The notes: a model not told the origin generated them from the letters alone. DNA of 64,000 bases from Cyanobacteria bacterium auto_48_18 (GCA_036170915.1 JAVHQC010000001.1:1-64000), one strand, 5' to 3'; positions 1-10,200 are shown, numbered from the stretch's first letter. Made by a program: numbers and translations.

Positions 1-461
1 TCGGCAAAAAGAGCCTTACGGTAATGGGTAATGGCTGCTTGCGGATTTTTTGCGCCACGGAGAACGTCGGCGTATCTTAATTCGGCGCTGGAGAGGTTTT
101 TGCGAAAAGTAATATTTTCCGGATCACCTTCTGCCGCCAGCTGGTGCTCTTGAATGGCTTGCTGCCAGAGACCTTTGGTACCGTATTCAACGGCCCGATT
201 ATTGTGCTCAAGCGGGTTAGTGGGGTTTGGAGTGGTGAGATAAACGCTGCGACTACCACCACCACCACCACCTTTGCGGGCTGGTTTCGCCTGGCAGGGT
301 CCGATAAAATAGGGAGCGGCTACGAGATTGAGGGAAAGCGCCAGGCAAGCCACTTTGAGAAGGCTAGATGCTTTGGAACGAGTTGCTTTTGCCTGAATTT
401 TGGCTGGCGAGCTAATGATGCTGATAAAACTTTTTCTCTTAGTAAGGTAGTTAGCGTTCAT
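1..461 (-). CDS. Secreted TPR-repeat protein, N-terminal part (runs off window edge)
   Basis: Not in the ORF track because no stop lies in the window. Manual translation from ATG at 461 is open to base 1: MNANYLTKRK...LLKVACLALSLNLVAAPYFIGPCQAKPARKGGGGGGS...LEHNNRAVEYGTKGLWQQAIQEHQLAAEGDPENITFRKNLSSAELRYADVLRGAKNPQAAITHYRKALFA. It shows a signal-like hydrophobic stretch followed by TPR-like helices. Confidence 0.8.
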   Translation of the reverse strand, partial: MNANYLTKRKSFISIISSPAKIQAKATRSKASSLLKVACLALSLNLVAAPYFIGPCQAKPARKGGGGGGSRSVYLTTPNPTNPLEHNNRAVEYGTKGLWQQAIQEHQLAAEGDPENITFRKNLSSAELRYADVLRGAKNPQAAITHYRKALFA

Positions 462-597
462 GGCTTCCCGGGCTGCTTTTAACAATATTTTATTTTCGAA
501 TTCCATCGACTGCTAGTGACTAGCCAATGTCGATTCCTAAAAATGGTAATACCCATTCTATCGACCTGGCAAAATTACGCCTGCTTTTTAGCTAGGA

Positions 598-626
598 TTT
601 TCCCTGAGCTTTTTCCCTGAGCTTTT
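598..626. repeat. 13-bp tandem duplication (TTTTCCCTGAGCT x2) in divergent intergenic region
   Basis: Exact copies at 598-610 and 611-623. Confidence 0.85.
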
Positions 627-629
627 GAA

Positions 630-665
630 TTGGGATTTTAATGGTGGGAATTCCACCATTCCCAA
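630..665. promoter_or_regulatory. Inverted repeat (AATGGTGG-GAATT-CCACCATT, flanked by TTGGG/CCCAA); possible operator or hairpin
   Basis: 8-bp perfect arms at 640-647 and 653-660 in the divergent promoter region; function inferred. Confidence 0.45.
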
Positions 666-714
666 GAAAATGTTGGGCAGCTAACATTCTTTGGGGTGCT
701 AGCACATATTTTTG

Positions 715-743
715 TTGACAAGGGGCCGCAAAACGATTAAGTT
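715..743 (+). promoter_or_regulatory. Putative sigma70 promoter for the T4SS-like operon
   Basis: TTGACA (715-720), 17-bp spacer, TAAGTT (738-743), upstream of ORF 924. Confidence 0.55.
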
Positions 744-923
744 TTGGTCACCCCAGTAGTGGTTCACGGTTTGCGCTCGCGTATTTAAGGAGAGCAGAAG
801 GCGCAAAGTCCGCATATAATCTCGATGTCAAGCCCTTACATTTTTGTTTTTGGCGTTTCTTTTACTAGTAGATATGGGCATGAAGAAGACATACACCCAA
901 TTTGTCCCCTGGAGGGATAAAGA

Positions 924-1898
924 TTGAATCACCCCAGTTCATCTCAATTATCAGCCGTGCAAGCCGCTTTTAGCAGACTCAATTTGAGTCTGCCTTCTGC
1001 TTTGGCTAGTTCTTTGGCTAGTTCTCTGATTGCGATTACCTTTATAGGTTGTTTACCGGCTTTCGCTCAGCTGCCTCCCGTCAACATGGGTCGCTGGGTT
1101 AAACAGCCGGGTGATAATCAGTATTCGGCCGACACCCAGCAATCGCGTCACGGCGGAGGAGCACCTGCCTATCAGGTAGTTCCTCAACGCACTGCAGTCA
1201 TTCCCCAGCAATCGGCGCCGATGTGGCGGCCAACTCCTAGAGCGAAGCGCTCAGATATATCACTTGAACCGATCGTTTGCGATGAACCCATTGCTCCTGT
1301 GGGTTTCGCACCGTTGCCAGAGTCCTTAGACTTGCCGGGGCTGCGTGGTGGATCCATGGCATTTGCCGGTGGCAGTCGCGGCGGCATGGGCGGCGGTGGT
1401 GGTATGGGCGGCGCGAGTTTTTCATCGAGCTATCAAGGTTCTGCCCCAGGTATGGCTGGTGGCGGAGGAGCCCCTGCGCGTGTTGAGTCGCACCAGGGCT
1501 ACAACACTCACGAGCCTGGTGCTTTCGTGAAAAAGAAAACACCTTATGGCAACGCCAACAATGGCACTGGTGGTGGTGGCGGAGATGTTTATGCTAGCGG
1601 CGACGGCGCCGGCGGCGAGCCAATGTCAGAAGATCAAAGAAGATTGCGGGGCCTCGGTCGCGAGCCTAGTTTGAAAAAAGGTGGTTCTGCTGCACCTGAG
1701 GCACCTCAGGCGGTGCAAGTGAATCAAGCCACTACCCAAGACCTGTCTCTTCCTGATGACGACAATCCAAACAACAACAAACGCAAGTCGGGTAGCCAGG
1801 CTGGTAAGTATATGAAAAATCGATTGAAGCAGGCAACGAGGCAAATGCTCAGACCAATAACTAACATGCCTCTACCTCGAATGCCTATTGGACGTTAA
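924..1898 (+). CDS. Secreted Gly/Pro-rich low-complexity hypothetical protein
   Basis: 324-aa ORF; GGAGG upstream of the TTG start; hydrophobic segment ending PAFA/Q (signal peptide-like); Gly tracts; basic C-terminus. Confidence 0.75.
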   Translation: MNHPSSSQLSAVQAAFSRLNLSLPSALASSLASSLIAITFIGCLPAFAQLPPVNMGRWVKQPGDNQYSADTQQSRHGGGAPAYQVVPQRTAVIPQQSAPMWRPTPRAKRSDISLEPIVCDEPIAPVGFAPLPESLDLPGLRGGSMAFAGGSRGGMGGGGGMGGASFSSSYQGSAPGMAGGGGAPARVESHQGYNTHEPGAFVKKKTPYGNANNGTGGGGGDVYASGDGAGGEPMSEDQRRLRGLGREPSLKKGGSAAPEAPQAVQVNQATTQDLSLPDDDNPNNNKRKSGSQAGKYMKNRLKQATRQMLRPITNMPLPRMPIGR

Positions 1899-1935
1899 GT
1901 AAGAGAAATGGCGAAGCGCAATAAGCGCACTGGCG

Positions 1936-2616
1936 ATGGAAGTAATGAGGAATTGCAGGATGTTCAAGATGAGTAAGATATTTCAGACTAATAAGATGCA
2001 TTTGACTGCACTGGCTGCAGTGGCCGCTTTTGTTTGTTCGGCTTCAAACGGTGCCAGTGCTCAAAATTCTTCTGTAACTATGAAGAAAGGTCAGTTGCAG
2101 CAAGCGGGTTGGTTTAAATCAGCTCCGCAAATTCAAATTGTTGATGATGGTCCTGTGGTGCACGATTTGCGCACAGCCCCGGCTCAAGATCAAAGTTACC
2201 AACTGCCTATCGGACCAGCCGGTGCTAACGGTCGCATTCCTGAAGGCGGCATTCCTTTAGGTAATGGTGGCGGGCCAATGCAAATGCGCGTGGCACCAAA
2301 CAACTTGCCACAAGCCGGTTTCAGCAGCAACGTTCCCGCTCGTGGTATGGGCCCTGCTCGCGCTCTGCCAGGCACTGAGATGGGTCAACTTGGTAAACAA
2401 TATGCTGCAGATCAACGCCGCGCCGCTCAATCAAGCGTCTCAGCCAGACCAATCGGTCGCCGTAGTGGCCAATCGGCTGTGGCTGCTCCGAACCGTATCG
2501 CTTCTCCAGCGGCCGCTTACAGTGGTGGCTATCAGAGCAGCGGCGGTGGATACGTTGCCCCTTCTTCAAGTTCCAGTACATCACTACGAGGTGTCTTGCT
2601 AGGCAAAGGAAAATAA
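1936..2616 (+). CDS. Secreted low-complexity hypothetical protein
   Basis: 226-aa ORF (start may be a later Met); signal-like LTALAAVAAFVCSASNGASA/Q; Gly/Ser/Ala-rich. Confidence 0.75.
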   Translation: MEVMRNCRMFKMSKIFQTNKMHLTALAAVAAFVCSASNGASAQNSSVTMKKGQLQQAGWFKSAPQIQIVDDGPVVHDLRTAPAQDQSYQLPIGPAGANGRIPEGGIPLGNGGGPMQMRVAPNNLPQAGFSSNVPARGMGPARALPGTEMGQLGKQYAADQRRAAQSSVSARPIGRRSGQSAVAAPNRIASPAAAYSGGYQSSGGGYVAPSSSSSTSLRGVLLGKGK

Positions 2617-2651
2617 GTAGAACTGTCCAGTTGTTTCAGGTAATTTAGTCC

Positions 2652-4715
2652 ATGCGTTTTCCGTTACCATTATTTGCGCTGATCTCTATCCTGCTCACAG
2701 GGTGTAGCCCGCTTGGTGGCAGCCTCGGACGCGTGGACTCAAAATCACACACACCCAGTAGTGGTGTGCTTGGCCAGCTACGTCCAAAAGTCGACCCACG
2801 CTATATTGAGCGGGCCAGACAAGAAGAATATGCCAGAGCGCAAGAACAGATGGCTCAAGCTCAGGCCCAGGGGGGCATGAACAACGGCAATGGTGGCATG
2901 TCTACCGATGGCATGGGGCGCGTTTTGCCGCGGGTCATTACTGATCCTATATCTGGTCAAATGTCGAGCGCCGGTACGCTTTCGCAGAGCAGCAACGAGT
3001 CTGTCAACGCTGATTTAAATGCCGGCACTAGTCCTTCCGCTCAAGCCGCTCAAGCTGCTCCCGGCAGCCTTGGTACAGGTTCAGAGGGTACGATTACACC
3101 GGTTTCGGATCAATCTCAGGGTCAAATAGTAGTCGCTGATGCTTCTAAAGCAGCGAGCTATGGTGCTTATGGTTCAACTGTACCGCCACCTCCACCAGGT
3201 TCACTTTCGGGTGGAAGTTTATCTCCGCCACCACCTGCGGTGACTCTTTCTACTCAAGCTAATGTCGGCAGTTACCAGGATCCAAACAACCCATACGCTA
3301 ACCCATACGCTAATCCGTATGCTCAGCAAAATCCATATGCCAATCCTTATGCTAACCCTTATCTAAATCCTTATGCCATTCCTTATCAAGGCCAGGGATA
3401 TCCGCCACAACCAATGATGCAGCAGCAACCAGAAAGACCATCTGGTCTTTTCGGTTCTGGACAAAGAGCACCAAAACGCGACGACGAAGAAGTGGAACAC
3501 AAAAAGGTTTCTACTTTTGTGCCGATTACACCCACTGGCATGGAGTCACGTTCGCCCTATAAGCAGCGGGACGACCTTAAAGTCTTGTGGAAAGGTGCGC
3601 TTTCAACTGCCACCATTCAACAGATAACCGGCAAAGATCCTCGCCTGGCCGAAAGTTTGAACCGCATCGATGTTGGCCTGCCCTTAGATGGCTCTAAAGG
3701 AAGTTTCAGCGTGGCTCAAAGACAAATAGACGCCATCTTCAAACCAGTAGCCATCGACAGACGCATAGCTCCTGCTGTGAAGCGCGCCCAAACTGACTTG
3801 GTGCAATCTTATTATCGCTACCTCTATACATATAATAAGTTTGCTCTGGCTCAACAAACTTATGCTGCTCGCAAACAAGAAGTGGAAGTAGCTACCACTG
3901 ATTCGGAGAAACAAAGAGCAGCAGCCGATGTGGCTCAATCGCAAAATGAAGCTGAAAGTTCTCGCGAAGATATGAAGACGGCACAGTTGGAACTGTCTGC
4001 AGTGGCCGGTGCTAATGCCGCTCGCTCTATTATTGGCAGAGTATCTGGTATCGCTCCGTCAATGGAAGCTCTGACTCAAGCCGAGCCCCAAGCCGCACCT
4101 GCTGAGAGAACTTCTATGTTTGGTGGCCTTGGCGGCCTTGGTAACCTTGGTGGCATTGGTTCATTCTTTGGTATGGGCAATAAACCAAAAACCAATGAAC
4201 AAGAACCGCCGGTTGCAAGAGTGGCTATGGCAGCTCCGCTGAAGAAAGCAGAAAAAGTTCAGAGCGTTAAACCGGGCAAAGAACCCAAAAAAGACAAGGG
4301 CAAAGAGAAGAAAAAAGAAGTAGCCGACAAAGGTGATTTGCAACCATCAAGTATGGCTGCCGGCGCGGCTCCAATAGCACGCGAAGTCGCCAGAGAGCCA
4401 GAAAGGGCACTGGTTGATAATAGCCCCGTACAATTACAGCTTAAGAGTGTTACTACCACTGCCCGCAAATCTGTTTTGACAGTAGCAATTAAAAATAGCG
4501 GCCAGAGCGATTTTTCTTTCAATCCTGAATCGTTTGCCGTTTCTGAAAATAATCGCAAACTTTCTGAAGCAGCAATGCGCGCTGACTTCGAAACCACACT
4601 GGTACAACCCAGTCAGGAAGTAAACGGCACTATCACTATTTTTGGCAGACCCTGGAATGAACGCCTGACTATCTCGCTTTCAGACGGTACACATAATTTG
4701 CAGATGCACCGATGA
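2652..4715 (+). CDS. Lipoprotein with Pro/NPY-rich linker, TolC/OEP-like helical segment and C-terminal Ig-like domain; candidate outer-membrane component of the T4SS-like system
   Basis: Lipobox LTG/C at residue 18; NPYA repeats; amphipathic LVQSYYRYL...DVAQSQNEAESSREDMKTAQLELSAVAG resembles an OEP repeat; beta-rich tail VLTVAIKNSG..FSFNPESF..VQPSQEVNGTITIF resembles DUF4352-type Ig domains. Confidence 0.7.
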   Translation: MRFPLPLFALISILLTGCSPLGGSLGRVDSKSHTPSSGVLGQLRPKVDPRYIERARQEEYARAQEQMAQAQAQGGMNNGNGGMSTDGMGRVLPRVITDPISGQMSSAGTLSQSSNESVNADLNAGTSPSAQAAQAAPGSLGTGSEGTITPVSDQSQGQIVVADASKAASYGAYGSTVPPPPPGSLSGGSLSPPPPAVTLSTQANVGSYQDPNNPYANPYANPYAQQNPYANPYANPYLNPYAIPYQGQGYPPQPMMQQQPERPSGLFGSGQRAPKRDDEEVEHKKVSTFVPITPTGMESRSPYKQRDDLKVLWKGALSTATIQQITGKDPRLAESLNRIDVGLPLDGSKGSFSVAQRQIDAIFKPVAIDRRIAPAVKRAQTDLVQSYYRYLYTYNKFALAQQTYAARKQEVEVATTDSEKQRAAADVAQSQNEAESSREDMKTAQLELSAVAGANAARSIIGRVSGIAPSMEALTQAEPQAAPAERTSMFGGLGGLGNLGGIGSFFGMGNKPKTNEQEPPVARVAMAAPLKKAEKVQSVKPGKEPKKDKGKEKKKEVADKGDLQPSSMAAGAAPIAREVAREPERALVDNSPVQLQLKSVTTTARKSVLTVAIKNSGQSDFSFNPESFAVSENNRKLSEAAMRADFETTLVQPSQEVNGTITIFGRPWNERLTISLSDGTHNLQMHR
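3279..3390 (+). repeat. Coding NPY(A) tetrapeptide repeat tract
   Basis: DPNNPYANPYANPYAQQNPYANPYANPYLNPYAIPY; codons differ between units. Confidence 0.9.
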
Positions 4716-7201
4716 TAGATAAATCTCAGAATCTCGATTTCAATTTTACTAATTTTTCTTTCGGGTCGAAGCACACTAAGCAACTGGGTAGAGAAGGGAT
4801 GAACAAGCTAGCGAATAAAGCAATGAGCAAGGCAACTACAGTTGTCGCCTCCATCGCTGGGTGCAAAGCGCTCCGGCTATTTACTTTACTAATGCTTGTC
4901 CTGGCTATGTCGTTCACAGCTCAGGCTTATGCTCAGGCAGTTAATCCGGGCCCTACCCCACCTCAAACTATGGCTGATCCTAACGATACCGCCGCCATTG
5001 ATATCCTCAATAATTACGACAAGCGTTTTCCTTTTTCGAAAGCTCAGCATGACGCTGATACTCACAACAGAACTGCTCCTGGTACGAGAAACGAAGAGTC
5101 TGAAGACGGACAGAGCAACACAGTCAACGCCTATTCCGCGGTGATTAAGCGTTGCGATCTTTGCCAGTATGGCATTGCCTATATGCAAATTCCGATGGTT
5201 GCCAACAATACGACCTTGCAATCTAGAGATAACGAAGTTTTCCAAAACCAGCTGACCACCAACGGTTTGCCACTGTCAGATACTCAGTTTCAAGTTATTC
5301 AAAGAGAAAATCATCAACGTTTTCTTGAGCAGTTGTATGATCCTGAGAAAATGATGTGGGCCGCTCAGGCCACAGCTCAGATGCAAGGTGCAGCAGCAGC
5401 CAACAGTACTGCAGGCACAGCAGAGCAATCTTTCGGCACTGCTCTTGATCGCATCGTCAATGCTGATAGCGGCAATTGTTTGATTAACGTTGCTAACGAA
5501 GCATCAGGAGCTGGTTATCCTGGTCGAGTAATAGAAAAAACTATTCCAGAGGCCGTTGGCATGGTGCAAACCATGTACAGACGTGTGTTTATTCCTATGG
5601 CCATTCTTTTCCTTTTGCCAGGTGCTGTGGCCAGTCAGGTGAAAGGTCAAATCGGCCGAGGTTTCAACCTTGGTTATGCCGAAGGTGCTAATCCTTTTGA
5701 AGGAATTTTGCGTTCGATTGTCGCGATTTTCCTTATTCCCAGCTCACAAGTAATTGTCAGCTGGTCTATCGACACTGGTAACTCAATGGCGCTCAGTGTG
5801 CGAGATTGGGTTGACACGGGCATGATCCAAGATTGGGCCAGAGAACTCGCATACAACACTAGGGTGCAAAGAGACCAGAACGTTGTTAACAAGGGCTCCC
5901 TCACTTCAGCCAGTACTGCCCAAGCGAGTACTGCCGGATCAGGCAGCGGTGGTGGTGGTATTGGGTCACTAATTTCAAGTTTGGGTAGTGCCATCGGTGG
6001 TACCATCGGCGGCTGGCTTTCTTCACTGGGTGCTTTTGTCACCGCCTCTGGTGGTGATGGTTTGGGCGCGCAACAACCTGAAGCAGCGGCCGTTTCAGAG
6101 AGGGTGGGTAACCTTTCTCAAATTATGCAACTTAGTTTAAACACGATGATGAATATGGCTTCCATTTTCCTCGTCATACTTGGTGCCTACCAGATTGTCA
6201 TGATTTGCTATTTGTTCTTACTCGGACCTCTGGCCGCAGCGTTTTACGCCTGGCCGCAAGTAGGTAAAGGCAAACTCTTCAGAGGTGTATTCGGCGCCTG
6301 GGTGGAAGGCGTTATTCAAGTATCACTCTGGCGCTTCTACTGGATGGTAGTGCTCGCTGTCATGACTCAGCGACTGATTTACACCAATGGTGGTACCTCA
6401 GATTTGCAGTGGGAAGTTTGTATGTTCACATGCTTCCTCGGCATTCTCCTCTGGGCTCCGGCTAATCCGTTTAGCTTCTCGCCTAATGGTGGTTTGAACC
6501 AGGCCATCAGCATCGCTCAAGCCAACAAAGAAGGTGGCAAGGGCGGCGGCGGCGGTGGCAAAGGCCCTGGCGGCGAAGGCGAGAAAGGCTCTTCTGGCGG
6601 CCCTGCAGCTGATGGTGACAAAGACAAGCAAGATGATAAATCTGGCACAGCTCCAGAACCGCAACAAGTGCAGCCTGAGAGCCAAAGTCAGGAGAGTCAG
6701 ACTCAAACTCCCGTTCAAAGAACCACTGAAGATGGTAACGGTGATAAGCCACCTGCTGAACTTCAAAGCGCTCCACCTACAGAAGGTGAGAAGTCTGGAG
6801 AGCAGCAGGGCAACCCTGTTGTCACCACTACTCCTCCGCCTTCATCAGAAAGTGGCGACCAGAGCGAGAAAGAGAAAGGGACGTCAGAAGCACCAGTGGT
6901 TCAAGCATCAGCCGAGGTCACAGCCGGCAATATGCAACCTGGTGAAGCTCCAGTGCCGCTCTCGGGAACAGGTGGTGCTAAGACATCGACTAATCCTGCC
7001 GTCAGTCAACCTGCTCCTGCTGGTGGAGAAGAAGGTGCCAATAAGGCTGGTGCGGGTGCCGGCAATGGTACACCTGGTAACACCACCGTTAATGTCCAGG
7101 GTGGCAACACATCGGCCGGTGCTACAGCCAGTGCCACTGCGGCACAGAAAGTGACTGGTGCGGCTAACGAAATTCCGTCAGAGAAGAAAAAAAATGAATA
7201 A
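4712..7201 (+). CDS. VirB6/TrbL-like polytopic membrane protein with acidic, disordered C-terminal tail
   Basis: 829-aa ORF; ATGA overlap with the upstream gene (alternative start 4799); signal peptide; several TM helices including YLFLLGPLAAAFYAWP...FGAWVEGVIQVSLW, typical of the VirB6/TrbL core; virB4-like gene downstream. Confidence 0.65.
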   Translation: MIDKSQNLDFNFTNFSFGSKHTKQLGREGMNKLANKAMSKATTVVASIAGCKALRLFTLLMLVLAMSFTAQAYAQAVNPGPTPPQTMADPNDTAAIDILNNYDKRFPFSKAQHDADTHNRTAPGTRNEESEDGQSNTVNAYSAVIKRCDLCQYGIAYMQIPMVANNTTLQSRDNEVFQNQLTTNGLPLSDTQFQVIQRENHQRFLEQLYDPEKMMWAAQATAQMQGAAAANSTAGTAEQSFGTALDRIVNADSGNCLINVANEASGAGYPGRVIEKTIPEAVGMVQTMYRRVFIPMAILFLLPGAVASQVKGQIGRGFNLGYAEGANPFEGILRSIVAIFLIPSSQVIVSWSIDTGNSMALSVRDWVDTGMIQDWARELAYNTRVQRDQNVVNKGSLTSASTAQASTAGSGSGGGGIGSLISSLGSAIGGTIGGWLSSLGAFVTASGGDGLGAQQPEAAAVSERVGNLSQIMQLSLNTMMNMASIFLVILGAYQIVMICYLFLLGPLAAAFYAWPQVGKGKLFRGVFGAWVEGVIQVSLWRFYWMVVLAVMTQRLIYTNGGTSDLQWEVCMFTCFLGILLWAPANPFSFSPNGGLNQAISIAQANKEGGKGGGGGGKGPGGEGEKGSSGGPAADGDKDKQDDKSGTAPEPQQVQPESQSQESQTQTPVQRTTEDGNGDKPPAELQSAPPTEGEKSGEQQGNPVVTTTPPPSSESGDQSEKEKGTSEAPVVQASAEVTAGNMQPGEAPVPLSGTGGAKTSTNPAVSQPAPAGGEEGANKAGAGAGNGTPGNTTVNVQGGNTSAGATASATAAQKVTGAANEIPSEKKKNE

Positions 7202-7214
7202 GGAGGTGAGAGAA

Positions 7215-10200
7215 ATGCGATTAATGCGACTGATGCAAATAAATAAGGCCACTGAAACAGTACATTCCAGAATAGAGCAGCCGAAAATGAAAGTCGAAAT
7301 CAAAAATTGTAGAAATAAACGCAATCCTCTCACTGTCTTCAGCTTGCTGCTGGCAATGGTGCTTGCTTTGTTTGTCAATAATCCGAGCTTTGCTCAAGGG
7401 GCCACCAATCCTAACCCCAATGACCACTCGGTTGAGCAGATTATGGCTACATACATGCTCAGACACAAGGCTGCCGATCAGTATCACACTGCAGACACCG
7501 TTAGAAACCAGGAGTCGCAAGGCCCTGGCACTGTCAGTCACGGTGGTCCCGAAAACAACCCCATTCAGGTGTGGCCTACTTATATACCGACGGCTCAGTC
7601 ACAAGTTCCGACTTTGCGCGACACCGCCATCACCAGAAACATGTTCAAGACTTTCGGTTATCCACTTTCTGATACTCAGTATCAGGTAATTGAGCGCTAT
7701 AACCAGAACCGTTTTATGGAGCAACTCTACAACCCTGAGAAAGCTCACTGGATGGCCCAAGCTACAGGCGGTCTGGCTGCCAACTCGGCTGCCAACAGTA
7801 TGGCTGCTTTTGCTATCAACCAGGCTCTCTCGGCTATTGATTTTTGCAGGCAATTTCTTACCAATTTCACGGCTGAACCAGACAACGTCTGGCAGAGAAT
7901 CCGCGACCAGCTGTTTGTGCCTATGGCTATTTTGTTATTGCTTCCTGGTGCCGTATTGGCTCAAGTAAAAGCAATCGTTGCTCAAGGCTCTCCAGTGCTC
8001 GTGGGTGATGTGCACCCATTTGAGGGTTTACTGCGCTCTATTGTGGCTATCTTCTTAATTCCTGGTACGTTCCTTGTCATTAACTACGGCATTGACGTAG
8101 CCAATTCAATTACTCTTACGATTGCTGATGAATATAGGAATATTTTCGGCAGCGATATGTATGAAGATGCGAAATGCGCCATCGTCAGAGCGTTCCCTAT
8201 GAACAAGCCTGAGTGGAATAGAAACGCTATTGGTCGTAAAGAAGTGCCACGCTTTGTTGGAACTGGCAACTGGGCTCGCCTTGAAGGTCATACCATTGCC
8301 ACCGCCCGCATCGACCCATGCGCCGGTGTAGAAGAAAGCCGAGTGCCTGACGAAGATGTGGTGCAAAGCAAGAACATTAACCGTTTGATGATGAATGGTT
8401 TGAACGATACCGCCACCATGTCGTGGAATCTTTCGTGCGCTTTCCAGATGGCCTTCCTTTACTACCTGTGGTGCATGGGGCCTATTGCCGCCGCATTGTG
8501 GGTATGGCCCGTTCAACAAATGCGCGGGGCTCTGGCAAGCTGGATTGACGGTGTTATTACAGTTTGTTTCTGGAGTTTGTTCTGGAACACTACCATCTTA
8601 CTGATGGCTTGTTTCAGAGGTGTAGGCGACTCAGGCACAATCATTATGACTGCCTTGATTTTCCTTGCCGTCAACTCTGTTAAATCGGCCTTTGACTTTG
8701 CTGCTCTAGCATCTGCTGCAGTGGGAGACGCTGCTGCACAAGCTCAGAAAGTTGCCGGTGCTGCCAAGGGTGGTGGCGCAGGTGGTGGCAACTCCAGTGG
8801 CGGCGGTGCAGCTGCATCCAACCAGGGATCTGGTCAAAGAGGCGGAACTGGATCCAGTGTTGGGTCTAGCGGAGGCGGCGGAGGCGGCGGCGGCGGTGGC
8901 GGCAGCGACACCGGCAGATCCGCGTCGATTGGCGGCACTGCGCCTAAGTCTGATAGTGTCAGCGCTGGTCAGGCCGATAACGCTAGTGGTGTTCCTTCCA
9001 CTAAATCTGGTGTGGGCAGCGATGGTCTTGGTGGTAGCTTGCCAGTTACCGCAGGCTCAGGCACTGGTGACAAAGGCAAGGTCGATGGCGCCCAAGCTGA
9101 GGGTGAAACTGATCAGGGTCTTCCTCCACCATCGAGCGGCGAAAAAGCTGGCTCCACTGGTGGTAGTGGTGACGGACCTCCTACCGGTGATGCTGGTGGA
9201 GCCGGTGCTGCAGCGCTCACCGGAGCTCTTGGTTCCGCAAGTATTGACGCGTCTGGAAACATTGGTCTGCAAATATCTGGCGATGCCGGCAGCGGCACGT
9301 TAGGCATCACAAATTCAGGCGACGGTCTTACCGGGCCTGGCGGAGTACCGCTCACGGGAGAGAGTGCTGCTTCTGGTGATGGCAACAAGTTCAGCGAGGG
9401 CACTGCTCCTCTGCTCGGATTTGGTATGGGCAATTCCGACAGTCCTATACAAACACCGTTCGGTCTAAGCCCTGAATTGGGTAACCGCAATGCCTTCGAT
9501 GCGCTTGGTCTTGGACCTGACCTGCAGATTCCGGGGCTTGGCAATGAACAAGGCCTGGGAGCACTAGGGATAGGCAATGCTCAAGGTCAGACCGACGGTA
9601 AGGGTGCCATTCCAGGCACCGATATCTTCGGTAAGCCAGATGCTACTGGACTCGCTCCAGGCACCGATATCTTCGGTAAGCCAGATGCTACTGGACTCGC
9701 TCCAGGCACTGAAAATGCCTTGAACAAGCTTGGACCTGACGGCCAACCTCTTCTTGGAGCGGACGGCAAGCCAATGCTCGATCCATCTAGAGTGGGCGAC
9801 GTGCCACCATTGACCGGAAATCTGGCCAATGATCCTGGTGCCGTGTCTGCACAGAAGACTGCCGTAGACACAATGGCCATGTCTGGTATCACTACAGATC
9901 AACTGAAGACTGCCATAGATAATCCGAACAGTGCCGAATACAAGGCCATTGCCGATGCTACTAACGTTGCACCGCCAATACTTGATGCGGCCCTGCACGG
10001 TAACACCAGCGCTGGTGTGATGACAGCCGTTGGATTTGGTGGCACCGATACTGCCAATGCGTTTGCAGCACCTGGTGTTGCAAATGAGACGGCAACCATG
10101 GCTACCAATGCCTTCCAGCAGGCCCAGAATGTGGCCGGTGCTGACCCTGGCATGATCGACCGCGCTACTCTCGGTATGGATGCCAAGGCTGGTGCCCAGT

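Noticed and set aside
144..482. 112-aa plus-strand ORF with poly-Thr (and the 77-271 minus ORF)
   Set aside because: Both are shadows of the minus-strand TPR gene starting at 461, which has a coherent signal peptide and TPR pattern.
3279..3390. Eukaryotic NPxY endocytosis-motif mimicry
   Set aside because: The units are NPYA, not NPxY, and lie in a lipoprotein linker.
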